Positions 21,294 through 32,702 are shown, counted from the first letter of the stretch. The stretch: DNA of 64,000 nucleotides from Pseudorhodobacter sp. (GCF_034675685.1 NZ_JAUCDA010000013.1:111693-175692), one strand, 5' to 3'. Notes: generated from the sequence alone by a model not told the origin. A program made the numbers and translations.

Positions 21294-23922
21294 TCAGTAA
21301 AGCCCGCCCGAACTCAGGGTGCCGAAATCAGCTTTTTTCGGCAAGACCTTGGTTTTTCCGGTTGCTGTGGTCACGGTGCTGGTCATCGGGGCTGTTGTCT
21401 CGCTTTCACCATACGCAAACAGCGGCAGGTTGGACCCCATGCCAAAGCCACCGTCAACCATAAAGCCGATGCTGTTGATCGGGTCTTCGCCCTCGCGGAA
21501 ATATTCCGAAACCACGTGATCGCCAGTTGCATCATCAGGCAATACCCCGCCGGTAAAGCGGTCAATCTTTCTGAAATAGCCGCCCGGTGGCACCTTGAAC
21601 TTGGTCCCGCCATATTTCGCGATGGCCTTGGCCATGAACCGTTCGAACACCGGGCCGCAAGTCGTGCCACCATAGGCGCGCCCCATGCTGCGCGGATTGT
21701 CATAGCCGATATAGCACCCCGCCGCGATATTCGACGAAAAGCCTATGAACCAGACATCCTTGGCGTCGTTGGTGGTCCCGGTCTTGCCCGCGATCGGCAC
21801 CGGAAGGTTGATCCCGGCCGCAGTGCCGCGCGTCACAACCCCCTCCATCATCGAGGTCAACTGATAGGCGGTGATCGCGTCCATCACCCGCTCACGGTTG
21901 GAATTGATCTTGGGCAGCTCATTGGGGTTCAGCACCGCCAATTGGCAATCGTCGCATTTGCGCTGGTCATGGCGGTAGATGGTTTTGCCGTAACGATCCT
22001 GTACCCGGTCTACCAGCGTCGGCTCCACCCGTTCGCCGCCATTGGCAAACATCGAATAGGCCGCAACCATCTTGAACAAGGTGGTTTCCTCAGACCCCAG
22101 CGAATTGGCCAAAAACTGCCCCATCTTGTCATAAACGCCAAAGCGTTCGGCATAACCTGCCACCACATCCATCCCGATTTCCTGTGCGATCCGAATGGTC
22201 ATCAGGTTCCGCGATTGTTCGATCCCGGTTCGCACCGGGGTCGGGCCATAGAATTTGTTTGAAGAGTTGCGCGGGCGCCAGATGCCTTGCGGGGTGTTCA
22301 CCTCAATCGGGGCATCGACAACGATGGTTGCCGGGGTAAAGCCGCTATCAAGCGCGGCCGCATAGACAAATGGCTTGAAGCTGGAACCGGGCTGTCGCTG
22401 TGCCTGGGTGGCGCGGTTGAACACCGAATGTTGATAGGAAAACCCGCCTTGCATCGCCAAAACCCGGCCCGAATCCACGTCCATCGCCATGAAGGCGCCT
22501 TCGACCTCGGGCACCTGACGCAGGGTCCAGCGGATAAAACTGCCGTCGCTGTCCTTTGTCATGGCGCGCACATGCACCACATCGCCGACAGACAGCAGAT
22601 CGCCCGCAACTTGCGCCTTTTTTGCCAAGCCGCCCATCGGCCTGCCGTTTGCGGGCCCAGGTCACATCTTCGGCCGGGATGAAATGCCCGTCGCCATCCT
22701 CTGCGACATCTTCAATGCCGATCCGCGCGGCAGTCTTGCCGATTTCCAGCACCACAGCGGGCATCCAACCCTCAATATCGCGGGCAATATCAACCGCGGC
22801 CAATGCCTCGCGCCAGCTTTCCTCAGACCCCAGCTTTGACGGGTCAATCACCTTGCGCGTGCCGTTCCAGATGCCCTGACTGCGGTCAAACCCTTCAAGC
22901 CCGGCTTGCAGCGCCATCGCCGCTTCTTTTTGCAATTCAGGATCGACGGTCGCGCGAATGGTCAGGCCGCCGCCAAAAAATTCCTCTTCGCCAAAGGTGC
23001 CGGAAAGCTGACGGCGAATTTCATCGGTGAAATAATCACGCGGCGGCAGGGCATCGCGAAAGGCGGTATAATCACCATTCTGCACCGATTTCAGCGGTAA
23101 TTCCTTTTCCGCGCGATAGGTTGCCTCGTCGATATAGCCGTTTTGCCACATCTCGCGCAGCACATAGTTGCGCCGTTCGGTCACCCGTTTCTTTTCGGTA
23201 ACGGGGTGGTATTTGCCCGGAGCCTGCGGCATCGCCGCCAGCATTGCCGCCTCATGCGGGGCCAGTTGGCTTAGCGTCTTGTTGAAATAGGTCTGGGCGG
23301 CAGCGGCGACACCGTAAGAGTTCTGACCAAGAAAAATCTCGTTCAGATAAAGCTCAAGGATTTTTTCCTTGCTCAGCGTTTCTTCGATCCGGGTGGCAAG
23401 GATGATTTCCTTGATCTTGCGTTCGGCCTTGCGCTCTCCGCCCAAAAGAAAGTTCTTCATCACCTGCTGCGTGATGGTCGAGGCGCCGCGCACCGTTTCG
23501 CCGCGTGATTTCACCGCCTCAATCGCCGCCGCCGCGATGCCGCGCGCGTCGTAGCCGTGATGGGTGTAAAAATTCTTGTCTTCGGCGCTGATGAAAGCGT
23601 ATTTGATCAGCGCCGGAATTTCTTCGCTGCTGACAAAAATTCGGCGTTCCTTGGCAAATTCATCCATCATCCTGCCTTCGCCGGAATAGACCCGGCTGAT
23701 GGTCGGCGGGGCATATTGCGCAAGGCTTTCATGGCTGGGCAAGTCACGGCTGTACATGTAAAAAATCGCGCCGATCGACAGGGCTGTAAAAAACACCCCC
23801 ATGGTCAGCAAGGTGAAAAGCCCGCCAAAGACTGAACCGACAAATCTGATCAAGGCAATTTCCCCATGTTTTCCGTCACCATCCACACATCGCCCTATAT
23901 ACAGCAAATAGGGGGCGGTCAA
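21294..23922 (-). pseudogene. mrcA: penicillin-binding protein 1A (bifunctional glycosyltransferase/transpeptidase), one frameshift
   Basis: ORF 22348-23922 carries the GT51 motifs (FISAEDKNFYTHHGYD, RGASTITQQ). ORF 21294-22637 carries the transpeptidase motifs (SSFKPFVY, GKTGTTND). The frames meet near GGGCCC 22653-22658 (...DVTWA|ANGRPMGGLAKKAQ...). The true start may be TTG at 23853 (LIRFVGSVFG...). Confidence 0.92.
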
Positions 23923-23980
23923 AAGATGTCCCCATCATTAAGGCGTGAACCCGCTTGATCATTCGCGCTTTGGTGGCCAC

Positions 23981-25183
23981 TCAGCGCGTCTTGCCGCCGC
24001 CAAGCGCGGCCTCGGTGGCGGCCCATGTGGTCAGGCCAGCCTGCAGCGCCGCGATCATCCGCGCCCGCCAGGCAGGTTCGGTCAGCCGGGCCAGGTCGTG
24101 GCTGGAGGATAGAAAGCCCAATTCGATTAGAATTGACGGAATATCTGGCGATTTCAGCACTGAAAACCCGCCCGATTGGATCGGCCTGCGATGCATCCGC
24201 AAATCTCCGGCCTTGATTGCGACCTTCAGGGATTCGGCCAGACGCGCGACCTTTGGCGCGGTTTCGGCCCGCGCCATATCCATCAGCACATGGGCGATCA
24301 AATCATCTTGATCGGTCAAATCAACTCCTGCCAGCAGGTCATCGCGGTCATGCCGCTCGGCCAGGGCTTTGGCGGCCAGATCGGTTGCCTCATCCGACAG
24401 GGTATAGAGGGTCGCGCCAGTGGCATCGCCCTCTGCCAGCGCATCAGCATGCAGCGAGATAAACACCGTTGCCCCGGTGGCCCGCGCAATGGAAATTCGC
24501 TGCTCCAGCGGCACAAAAATATCTTCATCACGCGTCAGGACGACCAGAAAGTCACCGCTGCGTTGAAGCGCCTCTTTGAACTCGCGGGCGAATGTCAGCA
24601 TCAGATCGGCTTCACGGTGGCCTTCGTTTTCAGCGCCGGGGTCAAGACCGCCATGGCCAGGATCAAGCACCACGACCAAAGGCCCGTTGCCGCGCGGCAG
24701 GGTTTTCGGCACGTCGGCGGGTTTGGGCAGCGCCCAGCCCTCTGGTTCCGGGCGCATCGCCAGGTCTGCAAATTCCTGGGGCGTTGTCGGGGCAAGGCGC
24801 AGGGTAATTCTTGCGCCATCCACGGTCTGCATCGCTGCGGTTTCTATCGCAAAAGGGCCCGAAAGCTCTAGCACAAGCCGCGACCAGCCGGGGCGAAAGA
24901 CCCCCGCCCGCAAATCCACGACCCGCGCCGATTTGCGCGGAACCGCTGCGATCTGCGACCAGTCCACCTCGCGCGTGTCGAGGATCAGACGGGGTGGGTT
25001 ATCCAACACCCGCACCCGCCACGGCACAGGTTGCGATACGGACAGGCTGACAGTGACCCCCTGCCCCTTGTCAGAAATTGCCGAGAGGTCCGGGACAAGC
25101 CGGGCAATCGCAGACAGTTCTTGCGCGCTGGCCGAGGAAAGCGCCATCACTATGACCGTCAGGATTGCCAGAATCGCCCGCAT
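23981..25183 (-). CDS. N-acetylmuramoyl-L-alanine amidase (AMIN + Amidase_3, AmiC-like)
   Basis: 400 aa. Signal peptide MRAILAILTVIVMALSSASA, catalytic-domain blocks VVVLDPGHGGLDPGA and FISLHADA. Confidence 0.9.
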   Translation of the reverse strand: MRAILAILTVIVMALSSASAQELSAIARLVPDLSAISDKGQGVTVSLSVSQPVPWRVRVLDNPPRLILDTREVDWSQIAAVPRKSARVVDLRAGVFRPGWSRLVLELSGPFAIETAAMQTVDGARITLRLAPTTPQEFADLAMRPEPEGWALPKPADVPKTLPRGNGPLVVVLDPGHGGLDPGAENEGHREADLMLTFAREFKEALQRSGDFLVVLTRDEDIFVPLEQRISIARATGATVFISLHADALAEGDATGATLYTLSDEATDLAAKALAERHDRDDLLAGVDLTDQDDLIAHVLMDMARAETAPKVARLAESLKVAIKAGDLRMHRRPIQSGGFSVLKSPDIPSILIELGFLSSSHDLARLTEPAWRARMIAALQAGLTTWAATEAALGGGKTR

Positions 25184-25318
25184 CGCCTACCTCTGCCCTT
25201 TGGCTGCTCCACATCTGAAAAGCTGCCTGCCACCTCTTGCCGCCCTCCTACAATGAAACATGCGGCGATCAAAGAGCCGCCTTGATTGGCGGGGCATGGT
25301 GCAAAGCGCGGCGTGACG

Positions 25319-26506
25319 TCACCGCTGGCGCAGGTGCCCCGGCACGATATTTGGCCCCAACCGCCAGCGCGACGGCTTTGCCAGCGCTGTGGGATGCAAA
25401 TGCTCTGACACGTCTCGCCCGATTTGCCGCCGGCTGCGCAGCAAGAACAAGGCCCCGAAACCGCGCCATGTGCCCACCATCGGGGCTCCCGGATCACAGG
25501 GGAAACGCGTCATCCAGCCATGGGGCATTGCGGTGCCACAAGCCTCCATCCGTTCCAGCATCCAGACAAGCGGGATATTGGCCAGCGGGCGGGCCGCCTG
25601 AAAGCCGCCTATCTGACCGCCAATATCGGCATGTGCGCCCCGAAACCAGACCTGTTCAATATTCCCCACCCAATTGGGTGGGCAGGTCCACAGCACCGGC
25701 GTAAACACCACCCGCGTTTCATTCATCGCCAAAGCGTGAAACCCGTGCTTGATCGAATGGCCAAGCGCATGGTTGTGAAACGCATGCTCATGCTCGGTCA
25801 GCATCCATAAAAACGGCAGCCGCACGCCCAACGCCTTGACCGTATCCCAGACGCCGACCATCTCAATCGGCACAGAGTCGTGGCAAAACGCGCGCGCAAA
25901 GGCGGTTGCGGCCTTTCCATTGGGGGCAAGCTGATAGTGGCGGTAGGCCAGTTGCACATTTCGTTCGGTCGCATTTTCGCGCCGCAGCAACCCAACCTGG
26001 TCTATCACCCCGGCCAGCGACCGCACGGCATAGGCCCCCCGCGAATAGCCCAGCAAGAAAATCCGGTCCCCCGGCTCGTAGTGGCTGGCCAAAAACCCGT
26101 ATGCCCGCTGGATTTGCCGGTTTATACCGCGCCCCCGCGCCACATCGGCTAGCTGCGACCAATCCACCCATTGCACGCCCGGCTCATAATACAGGCGCCG
26201 TTGCACCGTCTGCCCGTTCTCGGACAGCAATTTGAACACCAGCCCGGCATTGCTCTCATACCCGTTTTCCAGCGAAGACAGCGTGCCATCCAGAATGATG
26301 ATATGATCCACCGACCCACGATGCGGATAGCCATCGGCCCCCCGCCCCTCGATCACGACCGTGGGTTGATGCCGAAACCATGAACGAATGCGGCTGAACA
26401 GTGACAGGGGCTCCTCCTCATCTTCATCGGCGTTCTGTAGCCATGACCATAGACGCAAAAGCGTAAACGACCTCTCAACGCGCATCACATTGTGGTGCGC
26501 CATCAA
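25319..26506 (-). CDS. DUF2235 alpha/beta hydrolase (Tle1-like phospholipase fold)
   Basis: 395 aa with IIILDGT..., nucleophile elbow GYSRGA, VGVWDTV and WFRGAHADIGGG-like blocks typical of DUF2235. Confidence 0.8.
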   Translation of the reverse strand: MMAHHNVMRVERSFTLLRLWSWLQNADEDEEEPLSLFSRIRSWFRHQPTVVIEGRGADGYPHRGSVDHIIILDGTLSSLENGYESNAGLVFKLLSENGQTVQRRLYYEPGVQWVDWSQLADVARGRGINRQIQRAYGFLASHYEPGDRIFLLGYSRGAYAVRSLAGVIDQVGLLRRENATERNVQLAYRHYQLAPNGKAATAFARAFCHDSVPIEMVGVWDTVKALGVRLPFLWMLTEHEHAFHNHALGHSIKHGFHALAMNETRVVFTPVLWTCPPNWVGNIEQVWFRGAHADIGGQIGGFQAARPLANIPLVWMLERMEACGTAMPHGWMTRFPCDPGAPMVGTWRGFGALFLLRSRRQIGRDVSEHLHPTALAKPSRWRLGPNIVPGHLRQR

Positions 26507-26671
26507 TCCCCAAGCGCGCCCACTGTCCCGGCCTCGCAGCAGCGCTTCACCCCCTGCGCCATGGGTGTTGATGGCATCGGCCCCAAGCCATGCGCAACAA
26601 ATACTAACCCCCCGACCGGGTTTGTCCAGCCGGGGGGCGAAATTCTGGTCGCAAACAAGGATAGTGCCAAA

Positions 26672-27817
26672 TCACCCGTGCAGGGTCAAAACTGTCTCAA
26701 GCGTCAATTCGCCATAGCCATTGAACCGCGTGTTGGTGACCGTGGAATAGGCGCCCATGCCATGAAACAAGACATAATCACCCTCGGCAAGATCGCGCGG
26801 CAGCGGCATTTCGCCCGGCAAGCGATCCAGCGAATCACAGGTCGGGCCAAACACGACCCGCCCCAGCGGTTCGCCATCGCGCGCCCTGCCATCGGCGGTG
26901 ATCACCTCGGTCCGTTCGACCAGACCGATAGACTGAAACTCGGTCAACGAACCATAGACGCCATCGTTCAAAAACACATGGCTGCCATCCCGCACCGCTT
27001 TCACACGGGTTGCCACGCTGAACGCATCGCCGCATAATCCGCGCCCCGGTTCACAAAGCAACTGCGGGCGGCAGGCGCCAAAGGCGTCATTGGCCACAGT
27101 GTCAATCGTCGCGAAAATAGGCGCCAGGTCGGGGGTGCCGCCCGCCAACCGATGGCTGGGAAAGCCGCCGCCCACATTCAGCCGCGCAATCACAACGCCC
27201 GCCTCTTGGGCAATTTCAGCCGCCTTGCGGATATAGGTTTCCCACGCCGCCGCATCGGTACATTGTGTGCCGGGATGGAATGTCAACGAGGGGACAAAGC
27301 CTGCGGCGGCCACTTTGCGCAACAACTCGACCGCCAGCTCTGCCGTAGCCCCGAATTTCGCGCCAAAGTTATAGGCAGCCCCACCGACGGGCAGCTTGAA
27401 GCGAACCGATATTTCTGTGCCATCGGCAGGCACAGCCTCGATCAGCTTTTCAAGCTCGGAGATCGAATCAACCGAGAATGACTTTACCCCAAGATCAACC
27501 GCCAGTGCGATTTCAGCCCGCGACCGCACCGGGTTGTTGTAATGCAGGGCCGCATCGGGTGCCAGCCGCCGGACCAGCCGCATTTCATAGGGCGAGGCCA
27601 CATCAAACCCGCGCACGCCCGCAGCTACCAGATTCACGATCACCGCTTCCGCAGGGTTGGCCTTGACCGCATAGGTCACCAGCCCCGCAAACCCGTCGAT
27701 GAAGTTTCGCGCAGTAGCCTGCAATACCGATGGCGCAAAAAACAGCACCGGATTTTCCGGCTGCAGCGTGCCGAGATAGTCAGCCGGATTGCTCCAAATC
27801 GTTTTTGAAAGTTCCAT
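26672..27817 (-). CDS. type III PLP-dependent ornithine/lysine decarboxylase family enzyme
   Basis: 381 aa with the PLP-lysine motif YAVKAN, then GFDVASPYE and CEPGRGL. Confidence 0.85.
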   Translation of the reverse strand: MELSKTIWSNPADYLGTLQPENPVLFFAPSVLQATARNFIDGFAGLVTYAVKANPAEAVIVNLVAAGVRGFDVASPYEMRLVRRLAPDAALHYNNPVRSRAEIALAVDLGVKSFSVDSISELEKLIEAVPADGTEISVRFKLPVGGAAYNFGAKFGATAELAVELLRKVAAAGFVPSLTFHPGTQCTDAAAWETYIRKAAEIAQEAGVVIARLNVGGGFPSHRLAGGTPDLAPIFATIDTVANDAFGACRPQLLCEPGRGLCGDAFSVATRVKAVRDGSHVFLNDGVYGSLTEFQSIGLVERTEVITADGRARDGEPLGRVVFGPTCDSLDRLPGEMPLPRDLAEGDYVLFHGMGAYSTVTNTRFNGYGELTLETVLTLHG

Positions 27818-27966
27818 CGGATCACCTTTTTACCTGCAGCGGGCGGCCCCGCCCCACCAAATCAATTCCCCCTGAAGATCACCGAATTAGGCTGCAATAT
27901 CACCGATCATTGTGGTAGATATGTAAAGTATTTTGGTTGAAATGACGAAGATGGCAGGCAATATGT

Positions 27967-28398
27967 ATGGATGAGCTTGATCAAAAGATAATCGCCCTGC
28001 TTGGGGCAGATGCGCGAATATCGGTTGCAACCTTGGCGCGGCGGCTAAATCTTGCCCGCTCTACCGTTCAGGCCCGGCTTGAAAGGATGGAAACCAATGG
28101 CACAATCGCCGGTTACACGGTTAAACTGGGGGCTGTGGGGCGCCAAAATCGTTTGCGTGCCTCGGTTTTGCTGTCAATAGAAACGCGCAGCCAGGCCGCC
28201 TGCCTGACCCGGCTGAAATCCATCCCCGAGGTAGAGCGGGTTTTCACCACGTCGGGCCGCTTTGATCTGCTCCTGGAAGTGACGGCGGCCAGCACCCAGA
28301 TCCTCGATCATGTGCTTGATGACATTGGCTCCATTACCGGGGTTCGCTCTTCGGAAAGCCTGATCCATTTATCAACCAAAATCGACCGCGCCGTCTAG
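27967..28398 (+). CDS. Lrp/AsnC family transcriptional regulator
   Basis: 143 aa. N-terminal HTH LDELDQKIIALLGADARISVATLARRLNLARSTVQARLERME plus an RAM domain. It is divergent from the decarboxylase. Confidence 0.9.
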   Translation: MDELDQKIIALLGADARISVATLARRLNLARSTVQARLERMETNGTIAGYTVKLGAVGRQNRLRASVLLSIETRSQAACLTRLKSIPEVERVFTTSGRFDLLLEVTAASTQILDHVLDDIGSITGVRSSESLIHLSTKIDRAV

Positions 28399-28520
28399 CG
28401 GGGCTGTGGCGGCCTCTTTCGCTGTGATTGCAAGGGCCGCAGCTTTCCGCAAACCCCGCTTCCCCTTCGCGCCCTGCCGGGTTAGAACCCGTGCAAAAGT
28501 CAGACAGAAAGAGCCGCAAG

Positions 28521-31500
28521 ATGCCGATGGAAAAAACCTTCAACGCCGCCGAGGCCGAAGCCCGCATTTCCGCCGAATGGGAGGCCAAGGGCGCCTTTCG
28601 TGCCGGTGCGAACGCGTCAAAAGCCGAAACTTTCTGCATCATGATTCCGCCGCCCAATGTCACCGGGTCGCTTCATGTCGGCCATGCCTTCAACAACACC
28701 ATCCAGGATATCTTGATCCGCTGGAAGCGGATGCAGGGCTATGACACGCTGTGGCAGCCCGGCCAAGACCACGCGGGCATCGCGACCCAGCTTGTGGTTG
28801 AACGCCAGATGGCCGCTGCGGGCCTGCCGCGCCGCGCCGAAATGGGCCGCCCCGCCTTTCTGGACAAGGTGTGGGAGTGGAAGGAAGAATCCGGCGGCAC
28901 CATCATCAACCAGTTGAAACGCCTGGGCGCGTCCTGTGATTGGGCGCGTAACGCCTTTACGATGGACGCCGGTTTCCACGATGCCGTGATCAAGGTTTTC
29001 GTGGAAATGTATAACAAGGGCCAGATCTATCGCGGCAAGCGGCTGGTCAACTGGGACCCGCATTTTGAAACCGCGATTTCGGATCTTGAGGTCGAGAATA
29101 TCGAAGTTGCAGGCCATATGTGGCATTTCAAATACCCGCTGGCGGGCGGCGAAACCTATGAATATGTCGAACGCGACGAGGATGGGAATATCACGTTGCG
29201 CGAGACGCGCGATTACATTTCCATCGCCACCACGCGGCCGGAAACCATGCTGGGTGACGGCGCAGTCGCAGTTCATCCATCAGATGAACGTTACGCCGCA
29301 ATCATCGGAAAACTATGTGAAATTCCGGTTGGCCCCAAGGCACAGCGCCGCCTGATTCCGATCATTACCGATGAATATCCCGACAAGAATTTCGGCTCGG
29401 GGGCTGTGAAAATCACCGGCGCGCATGACTTCAACGATTACGCCGTCGCCAAGCGCAACAACATCCCGATGTATTCGCTGATGGATACACGCGGCGCGAT
29501 GCGTGCCGATGGCCGCCCCTACGCCGAAGAGGCGGCTACCGCGCAAGCCATTGCAAACGGTACAGAAAGTTTTACCGAGACCTCTATCGCCGCGATGAAC
29601 CTTGTACCCGAGGAATACCGCGGCCTGGATCGGTTCGAGGCCCGCAAGCGCGTCGTTGCCGACATCACCTACGAAGGGCTTGCCGTTACCCAACTGGTCA
29701 AGTCCATCGACCCGGAAACCAATTCCGAACATCTGCAGCTTGTTCCCGTGGTCGAAGACAAGCCGATCATGCAGCCCTTTGGCGATCGCTCGGGTGTGGT
29801 GATAGAGCCGATGCTGACCGATCAATGGTTCGTTGACACCGCCGCAATCGTGCAACCCGCGCTGGACGCGGTGCGCGAAGGCCGCACAAAAATCATGCCG
29901 GAATCGGGTGAAAAGGTCTATTTCCACTGGTTGGAGAATATCGAGCCGTGGTGCATCTCGCGCCAGCTTTGGTGGGGGCATCAGATTCCGGTTTGGTATG
30001 GGCCAAAATAGACGAAGTGCAAGAATTGACAGTCATGGCAGGCGGATAGTTTACTTCGATGAATTCCACTCGATTTGCGCTGCAACCGAAAACGAAGCCG
30101 TCTATGCCTTTGATAAATACTATCAGGGTGCGAAGGTGGTGGTAGTGACTGAATTGCCCACTGGCAGCCAAGAAGAAATAGCTGACGCACTGATAGGGCC
30201 ACAAATCTCTGACAGATATGCAGACCCGGAAAAACCTGAGTTGGAAAAGAAGTAATCGGATGGGCGCGTATATTTCGCGACCCCGACGTCCTCGACACAT
30301 GGTTCTCCTCGGGCCTCTGGCCTATCGGCACATTAGGATGGCCAAATAACACCCCGGAATTGCAGAAGTATTTCCCGACCAACGTGCTTGTCACCGGCCA
30401 GGATATCCTGTTCTTCTGGGTCGCGCGGATGATGATGATGCAGCTTGCCGTGGTCGGCAAGGAACCTTTTGACACCGTTTACCTGCACCAGCTTGTGCGG
30501 GACGAAAAGGGTGAGAAGATGTCGAAAACGCGGGGCAATGTGATTGACCCGCTGGTGATCATCGACGAATACGGCGCGGATGCGCTGCGCTTTACCATGG
30601 CGCAGATGGCGGCCTTGGGCGGTGTGCTGAAACTCTCGGAAGATCGCATCAAAGGCTATCGCAACTTTGGCACAAAGCTTTGGAATGCCTGCCGTTTTGC
30701 CGAAATGAACGGTGTTTGGGAAGGCCATGCCACCAGCCAGCCACCGCATGCACAGGCCCGCGTGAACCGCTGGATCATCGCCGAGGCCGCCAAGACCCGG
30801 ATTGAGGTGGACGCCGCACTGGAAGCCTATAAATTCAACGATGCCGCCAACGCGCTTTATGCCTTTGTCTGGGGCAAGGTCTGTGATTGGTATGTCGAAT
30901 TCGCGAAGCCGCTGTTTGACGGCGAACAAGCAGATGAAACAAAGAAAACAATGGCTTGGGTTCTCGATCAATGTATGATCCTGCTTCATCCCATCATGCC
31001 TTTCATCACCGAAGAGCTGTGGGCCACCACCGGCGCCCGCAGCAAAATGCTGGCGCATACCGATTGGCCGGATTATGGCGACGCCCTGATTGACGCCGAT
31101 GCCCTGCGTGAAATGAACTGGGTCACCGGGCTGATTGACGGCATCCGCTCGGCCCGTGCGCAGATGCATGTGCCGGCCGGGCTCAAGGTGGAATTGCTGC
31201 TGGTTGGGCTGGACCACAACGCCAAAGCGGCCTTTGCCGCGAATGAGGCATTGATCTTCCGCCTCGCCCGCATTGCCAGCGCGGTTGAAGCTGCGGCCGT
31301 GCCCAAAGGGGCGCTTACTGTTGCCGCCGAAGGCGCAACCTTTGCCATTCCCTTGGCCGGGCTGATCGACATTTCCGAAGAAAAGGCGCGTCTTTCCAAG
31401 GCTTTGGAAAAGCTGGAAAAGGATATGGGCGGGTTGCGGGGGCGGTTGAACAACCCCAAATTTGTCGAGAGCGCCAAGCCGGAAGTCGTCGAGGACACCC

Positions 31501-31577
31501 GTGAAAAGCTGACCTTGGGTGAAGATGAAATTGCAAAGATACAGGCCGCGCTGACCCGGCTTGGTGAAATCGGGTAA
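28521..31577 (+). pseudogene. valS: valine--tRNA ligase, three 1-nt frame changes within ~260 bp
   Basis: ATG 28521 ([13 protein letters not shown]...) follows GAAAGAG. HIGH motif [13 protein letters not shown] and KMSKS (EKMSKTRGN) are present. The N-terminal frame ends at TAG 30009-30011 after ...[13 protein letters not shown]. The C-terminal frame resumes ...[25 protein letters not shown]. The segment between reads through in two other frames (see finding). Confidence 0.93.
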
Positions 31578-32695
31578 TGGATTGTGCTATGAAAACGCCC
31601 CGCTATACCGCTCTCGCCGGCTCGCTTCCGGCAACTGTGCCTTTTGTTGGCCCTGAAACGCAGGAACGTGCCGCTGGCCGGCCTTTTTCGGCCCGGCTTG
31701 GCGCGAATGAAAATATGTTCGGCCCCAGCCCGCAGGCCATCGCCGCAATGGCGGCTGCGGCACAAGATGTCTGGATGTATGGCGACCCCGAGGTTCACAA
31801 CCTGCGCGCGGCCCTTGCGCAGCACCATGCCACCACGCCCGAAAACATCGTTGTGGGCGAAGGCATTGACGGGTTGTTGGGATATCTGGTGCGGCTGGTG
31901 GTTGGCCCCGGTGATGCGGTTGTAACCTCGGATGGTGCCTACCCGACTTTCAATTTTCATGTCACAGGCTTTGGCGGCACGCTTCACAAAGTGCCCTATC
32001 ATGGCGATTTTGAAGATCCGGCAGCGCTTTTGGCCCGCGCCCATGCGGTTGGGGCCAAGCTGATCTATCTGGCAAACCCCGACAATCCGATGGGCAGCCA
32101 ATTGGACGCGACTGTGATCGAGGACATGATCGCGCATCTTCCCCAGGGTTGCCTGTTGATCCTGGATGAGGCCTATATCGACCTTGCCCCTGACGGCAGC
32201 GCCCCGAATATCGCGCCAGATGACCCGCGCGTGATCCGGTTTCGAACCTTCTCCAAGGGTTATGGCCTGGCCGGGCTTCGGGTTGGTTATGGCATCGCAG
32301 CCCCTGATCTGGTGCAGGCGTTCAACAAGGTGCGCAATCATTTCGGGGTCGGCCGGATTGCACAAGCGGGGGCGATTGCGGCGCTGCACGATCAGGCGTG
32401 GCTGGCCAGCGTCAAGGCAAAGGTGATCGCGGCGCGGCAAAGCTTTGCGGGCGTGGCGCAGGAAAATGGATTGCAGGCTTTGCCCTCGGCCACAAATTTT
32501 ATCTGTATGGATTGCGGCCGCGACGGCGATTTTGCCCGCAGGGTTTTACAAGAGCTTGGGTCGCGGGGTGTCTTTGTACGCATGCCAGCCATCACGCCGA
32601 TGGACCGCTGTCTCCGGGTCAGTCTGGGCGATGAGGCGGCGCTGGCCATCTTTGCTGCGGCCTTGCCAGCGGCTTTGAACGCTGCGCGGGGATAA
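31577..32695 (+). CDS. class-II pyridoxal-phosphate aminotransferase, histidinol-phosphate aminotransferase-like
   Basis: 372 aa with GANENMFGPSP, YPDP-like YGDPE and the PLP-lysine context FRTFSKGYGLAGLRVGY. The start overlaps the valS stop (TAATG). An alternative ATG lies at 31589. Confidence 0.8.
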   Translation: MDCAMKTPRYTALAGSLPATVPFVGPETQERAAGRPFSARLGANENMFGPSPQAIAAMAAAAQDVWMYGDPEVHNLRAALAQHHATTPENIVVGEGIDGLLGYLVRLVVGPGDAVVTSDGAYPTFNFHVTGFGGTLHKVPYHGDFEDPAALLARAHAVGAKLIYLANPDNPMGSQLDATVIEDMIAHLPQGCLLILDEAYIDLAPDGSAPNIAPDDPRVIRFRTFSKGYGLAGLRVGYGIAAPDLVQAFNKVRNHFGVGRIAQAGAIAALHDQAWLASVKAKVIAARQSFAGVAQENGLQALPSATNFICMDCGRDGDFARRVLQELGSRGVFVRMPAITPMDRCLRVSLGDEAALAIFAAALPAALNAARG

Positions 32696-32702
32696 CAGGG
32701 GA

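Noticed and set aside
25319-26506. DUF2235 protein as a bona fide T6SS Tle1 effector with immunity gene
   Set aside because: There are no VgrG, Hcp or PAAR genes, no T6SS core genes and no adjacent small periplasmic immunity-like ORF in the window. The family assignment is kept, the effector role is not.
30003-30270. AT-richer block in valS as an inserted mobile element, intein or group I/II intron
   Set aside because: The block is only about 260 bp. It has no endonuclease, intein splicing motifs or terminal repeats. Once three single-base frame steps are allowed, it translates into a plausible ValRS insertion that re-enters the conserved [11 protein letters not shown] block in phase.
30668-30683. 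Sigma-54 promoter candidates (TGGCAC-N5-TTGC), looked for because of the rpoN paralog
   Set aside because: The TGGCAC strings I noticed (for example TGGCACAAAGCTTTGG inside valS) lie within coding sequence. They lack a correctly spaced GC -12 element. I found none in the intergenic regions next to rpoN, the hydantoinase gene or selD.
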